This document shows, piece by piece, positions 55,764-64,000 of a stretch of 64,000 bases of DNA. Source of the stretch: Eledone cirrhosa (Eukaryota); the NCBI GenBank assembly GCA_964016885.1, contig OZ024740.1, positions 103,292,001 through 103,356,000 on the forward strand, given 5' to 3'. The position numbers were made by a program, and so were the translations under genes. Positions within the stretch are counted from its first letter, which is position 1. Every line of letters begins with the position of its first letter. The notes below the pieces were generated by a model. It was given only the letters and a program-made list of their open reading frames with translations. It had not been told where the DNA came from and did no database searches.

Positions 55764-56699
55764 ATATATATATATACTTATTTGCATATGTAAGTATATA
55801 TTACCCATTTGTTTTGTGAAGGTATGTATACCTTCTCGTACGTATATTTGACTGTTATGGCGTATCATTTTTACATATTCTGGTATTCAGGGTTTGGCTA
55901 TGTGTATACGGGAGTTTTGCGTCCGAGTGAGTATGCAGGTTCGTACGTATGGTGGGTGTGTGTATATGTGTACTTCTTGTTTTAGTTGACTTACGTCTCC
56001 GAACATTCGTGTATTTATATGTAGGTATGTGTGTGCGCTTGTTATATACGTATTTATTTACTTATATACGTTTATATAATTATTTATTTATTTGTACACA
56101 AGCATACACACACACACATATATGTGCGTGGTTTTGTATACCTATGGTAAGGTTTTGCGTATGCTTGTGTACGTACGTATCTGTTTGCGTGTATGTATTT
56201 ATTTATTTCTATTACTTCTGTATTGTATTTATTTACTTTGTTCTTAACTCTGTAGCGGAGATTCATTTGGTCTCCTAGTTAGAATTTTAGTCTACAACTT
56301 CTGCTATACCATTTACGTGGTTTTGTCTTTGCGTGCTTTGTTTCTCCACGCTCCACATATGACTTATTATCTTCGTTTTTTCGTTCATTGCCAGAGAACG
56401 TCTCTATGCACCACCTAAGAGAACATTAGTCTACGACCTCTTTTATACCATAAACGTGGTTTTGTCTTTGCGCGTAATTGTTCTTCACCGCTCCTATTAA
56501 TGACGTATTATTCGTTTTTTCCCGTTCTTTGCCAGCGAACGTTACCACGAACCAAAGTATCGTCTTCCTGTCTTCCTCCGGTTGCAACGTTTTTTGAAAT
56601 ATCCAGTTCTGCGTTTACAGATTGACTTTGTTAGTTTCAGAAGATCCCGTTAAGGGTGAAAGCAGCGATTCTTTGCTTAAACTTTAATCTGTTATTTTA

Positions 56700-56734
<35 letters not shown>

Positions 56735-56737
<3 letters not shown>

Positions 56738-57074
56738 TCATCATCATCATCATTTTACGTTCGCTTTTCCCTGCTTGCAAGGGTGGGACGAGAACTAATT
56801 CTGGCTTGATTTCTACAGCTGGATGCCCTTCCTAACACCAACCTCATTTACAGTGAGTGCTGGGTGCTTTTTTGCCGTGGCACCTCCACGACCACTTTGC
56901 AGTGGAATGATATGGACCTCAGTCCCTATCATCTCATTTCTACAGCTGAGTAAACTGGAGCAATGTGAAATAAAGTGTCTTGCTCAAGGAAACAACACAT
57001 CACCCAGTCTGAGAATTGAACTCACAACCTTTCGATTGCAAGGCCAATGCTCTAACCACTAAGCCATGTGCCTC

Positions 57075-57076
<2 letters not shown>
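56735..57076 (-). mobile_element. CORE-SINE with RTE tail
   Basis: Near-identical to 13217-13568. Confidence 0.92.
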
Positions 57077-57077
<1 letters not shown>

Positions 57078-57115
<38 letters not shown>

Positions 57116-57220
57116 ATATATATTTATATATATATATTTATATGTATATATATATATGTATATGTATATATATATATGTATATATATATGTATATGTATA
57201 TGTATATATATCTATATATG

Positions 57221-57283
<63 letters not shown>

Positions 57284-57394
57284 GTATATGTATATATATA
57301 TGTATATATATGTATATATATATGTATATATATATGTATATATATATGTATATATATATATGTATATATATATATGTATATATATATGTATATA

Positions 57395-57461
<67 letters not shown>

Positions 57462-57462
57462 G

Positions 57463-57493
<31 letters not shown>

Positions 57494-57502
57494 CATCATA
57501 TG

Positions 57503-57533
<31 letters not shown>

Positions 57534-57578
57534 CATCATATGTATATATATATATATCATATATATATATGTATATAT
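57078..57578. repeat. (TA)n/(TATG) microsatellite
   Basis: Directly visible. Confidence 0.96.
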
Positions 57579-58190
57579 GTCAGGTCTCCAGTTGGTGCTA
57601 CTGGTAACATGTATTCCAGTATAACCTGTCTCATGGTCGGGTCGGGTCGTTGGCGACTAAACTGGCAACCCCACCAAGGTTTCTTGGTGAGGAGGGTTAC
57701 TTTGGACATCCTGCAGGACTAAAAACAAAACCTGTCAAAGGGCAAAGGAGCTCTTAAGAGTCAATGGCCATCCAAAATCACCAGGAGAGATGACCCCTTA
57801 GCCTTTGTCAAGGCAGAATTCTAGAAGGAAAACTCTGATATAACACCTGCAACTCTGATGGTATCCAATGATGTTGACTTGTTCTTCTTTTTGGTAAATA
57901 TCATCTTGGTTAAGAGAGTGGGACTGGCTTTGTGCAGTGCCTTTGCTCACTATAAAAGCTTCACGACACAGGCATTGCTTTATATCTGGAGATCTCCCTG
58001 CACTTGTCGTCACATGGTACCATGGGCCCAGCACTATGTGTGTCAATAATTGTCACAAGTGTAGTGTTTGTACCAGAGTTTTCAAGTCACTGGCTGGACT
58101 AAAAAGTCACACTTGTTTAGCGCATCGGTAGGGGTTCTCCTACATGGATATAAAGTAGTGGCCGTACTCGAAAACGAGTTGGCAGCCACC

Positions 58191-58240
<50 letters not shown>

Positions 58241-58636
58241 GAGTGGAGCAAGCAATTATCAAACAATCTTTTAAATAAATTAGTGCCTGTTGGAATATCC
58301 ATACCTTTTTATGATATTTCTCCTTGTGTAGAGAACAAAACGTTGTATCGCGCTGCTATTTTTAGTGGCATGATCAACAAGTTTATAAATAACCAGCTTT
58401 TACTTGGGGCCTAATTTTGCGTGTATGTCACTTTAACGGCTTGACCGCATGCGTCGGGCAGGAAGCGAAATATTGACTTACTATGAGATTTGCACCCTTA
58501 TGGTATGGAAATAAACTGTCTGAAGATCTAATTCTTTCCATTGGAAATTCTCTAGATTTCCAATCTAGAGAATTTTCCCACTTGAGGCAAGATTGGTTGT
58601 CTTGCTCGTATGTATATATATATATATATATATATT

Positions 58637-61043
58637 AGCAATTAGAGTCGTACAATATAGAGGAACAGTCGAATCAATGGCCTAGAATCAAAAGGGTTTA
58701 CAGTTAACTTGTCTAAGACTAAAGTCCTAATATGTAGGAAGGAAAATAGGACACTGGTTCTATTTGGGAAATGGCCATGCTCAGTGTGTAGGAAAGGAGT
58801 AGGCAGAAACTCCATTTTATGTCCCAAATGCAAAGTATGGGTGCATAAAAGATGTAGTGGGATCATAGGTAAGCTAACTAAAAATATAGATTTTATATGT
58901 GGCCTGTGCTCTGGTGCAATGAGTAGCAGCAAATGCCCACAGAATACTAGCTCATTCCATTGCCCAGATGGTTCTATAGAAATAGTGGACACCTTCCGTT
59001 ACCTAGGTGACAAAATCAGCAGTGGTGGAGGGTGCTCCGAAAGTACTGTAGCTAGAGTCCGAACGGGATGGAAAAAGTTCAGAGAGCTTATACCACTATT
59101 GGCCACTAAAGGTTTCTCTCTAAAAATATAAGGCAGACTGTATGATGCCTGCATATGAACAGCGATGTTACATGGCAGTGAGATCTATGCTGAGGATCTA
59201 CGCAGACTGGAGAGGAACGAAGCTAGCATGCTCCGTTGGATGTGTAATAGTAATATACGTGAACGGCAAAGCATAAATGAACTAAGTGAGAAATTAGGAA
59301 TAAGAGGGATCAGATGCTGTTTACAAGAGAGAAGACTATGTTGGTATGGTCACGTGATGCGCATGAGAGATGACAGCTGTATAAAAAAGTGCAGGGCGAT
59401 CAAAATAGACAGTAGCTACAGAGTAGGCAGACCCAGAAAGGTAGCTTGGAAGTGTCACTACAAGAGGCTACTAACTGAGGAGAATAAATAGAGGGACCAG
59501 CAGTGCAAGTTGAAGGTAGCATAATAAATAAGGAAATCAAAGATATAAAGACAGTCAAGGCAGCTGGGCCTGCGGAGATAGTTGCTGAAATGCTGAAAGC
59601 ATCTAGAATGGTTGGACACACTATGGTCACCCGGATAGTAAACCAGAATGGGGTCATACCAAATGACTGGTGTAGCAGCAGCATCATTAACTGCTACAAG
59701 GGTAAAGGAGATGCCCTAGATAGGGGAAACTATAGAGGCATTAAATTGATTGACCAGGTCATGAAGGTCACAGAAAGAGTTATAGTGCAACTAATCAGAG
59801 AGCGAATTGATCTAGATGAAATGCAGTTTGGGTTTGTGTCAGGTAAAAGTACCACTACAATCCAAAGGCCTTAAAGTTAACTTATATAAGACTAAAGTTC
59901 TAGTATGTAGAAAGGAAAATAGAGTACAGGTACCCTCTGGCAAATGGCCATGCTCAGTGTGTAGGAAAGGAGTAGGCAGAAATTCCATATTATGTCCCAA
60001 ATACAAACTATGAGTACATAAAAGATGTAGTGGGATTACAGGTAAGCTATCTAAGAACGTAGATTTTATATGTGGCCAATGCATGTGGATACTAGCTCCT
60101 TCTATTGCTCAGATGGTTCTATAGAAATAGTGGACACCTTCCGTTACCTGGGTGACAAAATCAGCAGCGGTGGAGGGTGCTCTGAAAGTACAGTAGCCAG
60201 AGTCAGAACGGGATGGAAAAAGTTCAGAGAGCTTATACCACTATTGGCCACAAAAGGTTTCTCTCTAAAAATGAAAGGCAGATTGTATGATGCCTGTATA
60301 CAAACAGCAATGTTACATGGCAGTGAGACCTGGACATTGTGTGCAGAGGATCTGCGCAGACTGGAGAGGAACGCAGCATCCATGCTCCGTTGGATGTGTG
60401 ATAGTAATATACGCGAGCGGCAAAGCATAAATGAACTAAGTGAGAAATTAGGAATAAGAGGGATCAGATGCTGTTTACTCGAAAGAAGACTACGTTGGTA
60501 TGGTCACATGATGCGCATGAAAGACGATAGTTGTATAAAAAAGTGCAGGGCAATAAAAATTGATGGAAGTTACGGAGTAGGTAGACCCAGAAAAACCTGG
60601 GACGATTTGATAAATTCCGACTCTCTAAGACAATGTCATTGGACTGAGAGCTTTGGTGCTATGCAGTAATACAGAAGACCCGCCTTGCCTATGTACAAAG
60701 CGAAACCTACAGTCAGGAGGCACCTCTTAACCAATATACCCCATCACACTATCCCTACTCCACCCCACCCACTCCACTCCCACCAACACCACCCTTTCTC
60801 TGTAAAATTATGTTAGTATCACAACATTCAGTCCAAAACTGAGGTCGTGTAGGTGTCACGACAAAAAAACACAGTCCACACTGTAATGTGGCCATGTAGG
60901 TAACACGGTAAAAACCTCCCAGTTCCAAACTGTAAACATGGTTGGTGTTAGGAAGGGCATCCAACCGTAGAAAACCTGCCAGACAGCCCTATACGAACGA
61001 GACATGGTCACCCGACCAATCTTGCCTCAAGTAGGATATTAAA
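58637..61043 (+). mobile_element. Scrambled RTE subfamily B copy (deleted and permuted segments)
   Basis: Segments match 43779-47068 but out of order; C-terminal region present twice; RT core missing; (ATG)n tail. Confidence 0.9.
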
Positions 61044-61074
61044 CGTTGATGATGATGATGATATATATAAATAA

Positions 61075-61105
<31 letters not shown>

Positions 61106-61228
61106 CAGGTAAACATTGATGCAATTCAATTCAAGCACTCAACGTACTTTTTCCACATAGGAGTGACGGAGTAAATATCGAATAAGGAAAAGCGAAGTAG
61201 TTTCAGATGTTTAAGTCCTTTAATAATA

Positions 61229-61414
61229 ACTGTTTCTACTTTAGGCACAAGGCCAGCAATTACTCAGTACATTACTGGTACCTTATTTTATCGACCCCGT
61301 AAGGATGAAAGGCAAAGTCAACCTCGGCAGGATTTGAACTCAGATCGTAAAGGGACGTAACTATGCTGGAAAGCATGGCGTCCGACCCTCCACCGATACT
61401 GCCAATTCACCGCC
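61229..61414 (-). mobile_element. Meta/OK-like SINE, full length
   Basis: Matches 11733-11918; TSD CTTTAATAATAA. Confidence 0.92.
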
Positions 61415-61426
61415 TTTAATAATAAT

Positions 61427-61493
61427 GCTGTGATATATATTTCAATGACGACACTGGCCACACTGTTCTGTGTGCGAGTCATCATCAGACAGC
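61427..61493 (-). ncRNA. Candidate minimal type I hammerhead ribozyme
   Basis: Minus strand reads GCTGT-CTGATGA-[stem II]-GAAA-TATATA-TC-ACAGC; stem I GCUGU/ACAGC. Confidence 0.45.
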
Positions 61494-62144
61494 TTGTTAC
61501 ATAATAAGGTTATGTTTCCGAGGCAATCCAAATTGAATCGACATGGGAACGGATGAGTTGCGTGCTTTTGGGTTTTTCATCCGTTCACTTGTGAGTACCA
61601 ATTCACCCCCACCGGTCTGCGCAAGTGCATGTCCGAAGGAAGTTGACCATTAGCCACCGCAGATTTCAACGAAATTTGCTTAGTCAGTTCACCCTCTCAG
61701 CCAAACAATGGCCCACCCATGCCTGTACTATATTTTACTGCTACCCATCACGACTGTGGCAGTCAGCCGAAGGCCAGAGGGGATGGGAGAGTGTTAGTTT
61801 TTACAGGTCATAATACCACCTCTCACTAAGCGTTGACAGTATGACTGACCATCAACTCATAAGGGAAAATAAACTTAATTCTAGGTATCTTGGTTTTACA
61901 TTGGAAGTTAAGGGTGAGAGTTGGAAATAAAAATTAAAAATTAAAATCCTAAATCAAATATCAGAAATTATAAATTAAACAATTAAAAAATTAACAATTA
62001 GAAATTAAAAAATTTTTCAAGTGATAATTCGGATTGAGGTGAGTAAAGATATAGATTGAAGTGAGTAAATAATATTGAGAGAGATGTTTAAGTAATAAGT
62101 TCTGAGAGGGTTCTAGTGTCACAGTTACTCTATCCACATATTCT

Positions 62145-62162
62145 ATATATATATATATATAA

Positions 62163-62231
<69 letters not shown>

Positions 62232-62268
62232 AATATATAAATATATATATAAATATAATATAATATAT

Positions 62269-62323
<55 letters not shown>

Positions 62324-62369
62324 AATATATATAAATATATATATAAATATATATATATATATAATATAT

Positions 62370-62400
<31 letters not shown>

Positions 62401-62430
62401 ATATATATATATATATAAATATATATATAA

Positions 62431-62463
<33 letters not shown>

Positions 62464-62464
62464 A

Positions 62465-62530
<66 letters not shown>

Positions 62531-62552
62531 TATAAATATATATATAAATATA
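62145..62552. repeat. (TA)n/(TAAA) microsatellite
   Basis: Directly visible. Confidence 0.96.
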
Positions 62553-62706
62553 TGCAAAAGTTCAATTTAAAATTGTTGGGATACAACAAGTAAATATTTT
62601 ATAACTGATATAAAGCACTCGACAAGTTTTTGGAGTAGATATACGATATTAAATAAATGGAAACTATATTTATAAAACTATATTTATAAAACCATATTTA
62701 TTTCAT

Positions 62707-63360
62707 TGGCGGTACTCAGTAATAGAGAAGACCCGCCTTACCTAAATACAAAGTAAAAACCTACTACAGTCAGTAGGCATCTCTATCAAAACACCCCCCC
62801 GTCCCACCACCTCCACCCCATCCACACCGCCCCTTTCAATGTACAGTTATGTTGGTCCCACAACATCCAGGCCGAAACAAATGAGATCGTGTAGGTGTCA
62901 CGACAAAAAACACACAGTCCACGCTGTAAATGTGGCCGTGTAGGCAACACGGTAAAAACCTCCCAGCCCCACACTGTAAATGTGGTTGGTGTTAGGAAGG
63001 GCATCCAGCTGTAGAAAACCCGCCAGACAGTCCACGCTGTAATGTGGCCGTGTAGGCAACACAGTAAAAACCTCCCAGCCCCACACTGTAAATGTGGTTG
63101 GTGTTAGGAAGGGCATCCAGCTGTAGAAAACCCGCCAGACAGTCCACGCTGTAATGTGGCCGTGTAGGCAACACGGTAAAAACCTCCCAGCCCCACACTG
63201 TAAATGTGGTTGGTGTTAGGAAGGGCATCCAACTGTAGAAAACCTGCCAGACAGTCCTATGCGAGCAAGACAACCACTCTTGCCTCAAGTGGGAAAACCC
63301 CCGTCCAAACCCATGCAAGCGTGGAACACGGACGCTAAACCTGATGATGATGATGATGAT
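62707..63360 (+). mobile_element. 3' end of RTE subfamily B with an internal ~112-bp triplication
   Basis: Matches 46637-47068; ACAGTCC-bounded unit starts at 62914, 63027 and 63139. Confidence 0.92.
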
Positions 63361-64000
63361 ATTTCAGGGATACCAAATTAAAATATGGTATGCCTTCATC
63401 AGACAAAATACAATATATAAACAGTTTTATAAATAATTTTGACGTACCCTATTAGATGCAACCATTATTTTTGGAAGCTGTCTGGATAGTGAGATGTTTA
63501 TAATTATTTTATTAGTTATAGTGTTAAGCAGAGTTAGAAAAAGACGGAGAGAAAGAAAAAACGGTCATTATTGAACAATGTTATTTTCTCATATTATATA
63601 TCTATGTCCCATTCATGAATATTGATATTTATATTTTATTACTCATTTCATATGAATTGTTAACTCAACTTAATATGACATGACGTAAAGTTGTCACTAT
63701 ATCCCCCTCTCTCTATATAGTATTTCCTCTCTCTTGAGTTTTTCTATTTGTATGATGAATTATTATCTCTCTGTTGCTTTCTTTTGTTTTTCTTATTTCT
63801 TCCTTTTTTCTTTCTTTTTTATTTTCTCCTATCTATTTATATCTTTCTTTTCTACATACATTTCTCTCTCTCCGGTATTTCTCCAGGTTTTCTTTTTCTC
63901 TCTCCTTCTCTCTCTCCGTTTTTTCTTTCTCTCCGTCTTTTTCTAACTGTGCTTAACACTATAACTAATAAAATAATTATAAACATCTCACTATCCAGAC

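Noticed and set aside
58400-58520. Possible non-coding first exon or promoter of the CUB gene
   Set aside because: A GTAAGT-like donor and some CpGs exist, but nothing links them to the acceptor at 53160 without transcript data

Overview
AT-rich, repeat-dense eukaryotic DNA. The SINE/LINE content and (TA)n load suggest a coleoid cephalopod (Octopus-like); this is an inference. Two spliced genes on the minus strand could be rebuilt by hand with consistent GT-AG sites and phases. (1) The first six coding exons of ZMYND10, an axonemal dynein-assembly factor (23698 to 6991, continuing left of the window). (2) An unnamed 5-exon, about 589-aa type I membrane protein (53115 to 33280) with signal peptide, one CUB-like domain, a TM helix and a long disordered tail carrying PPxY and several LC8-type motifs. 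The rest is a 36-bp satellite (>6.8 kb), a 37-bp minisatellite, RTE-clade LINEs of at least three subfamilies (one with a 965-aa open frame but a deleted endonuclease half), CR1-like fragments, two tRNA-derived SINE families, Helitron derivatives in a head-to-tail chain, long palindromes, a candidate hammerhead ribozyme and long (TA)n tracts. Most ORFs in the supplied track are microsatellite or antisense artefacts. No computation or database search was run, and family names come from motif recognition.
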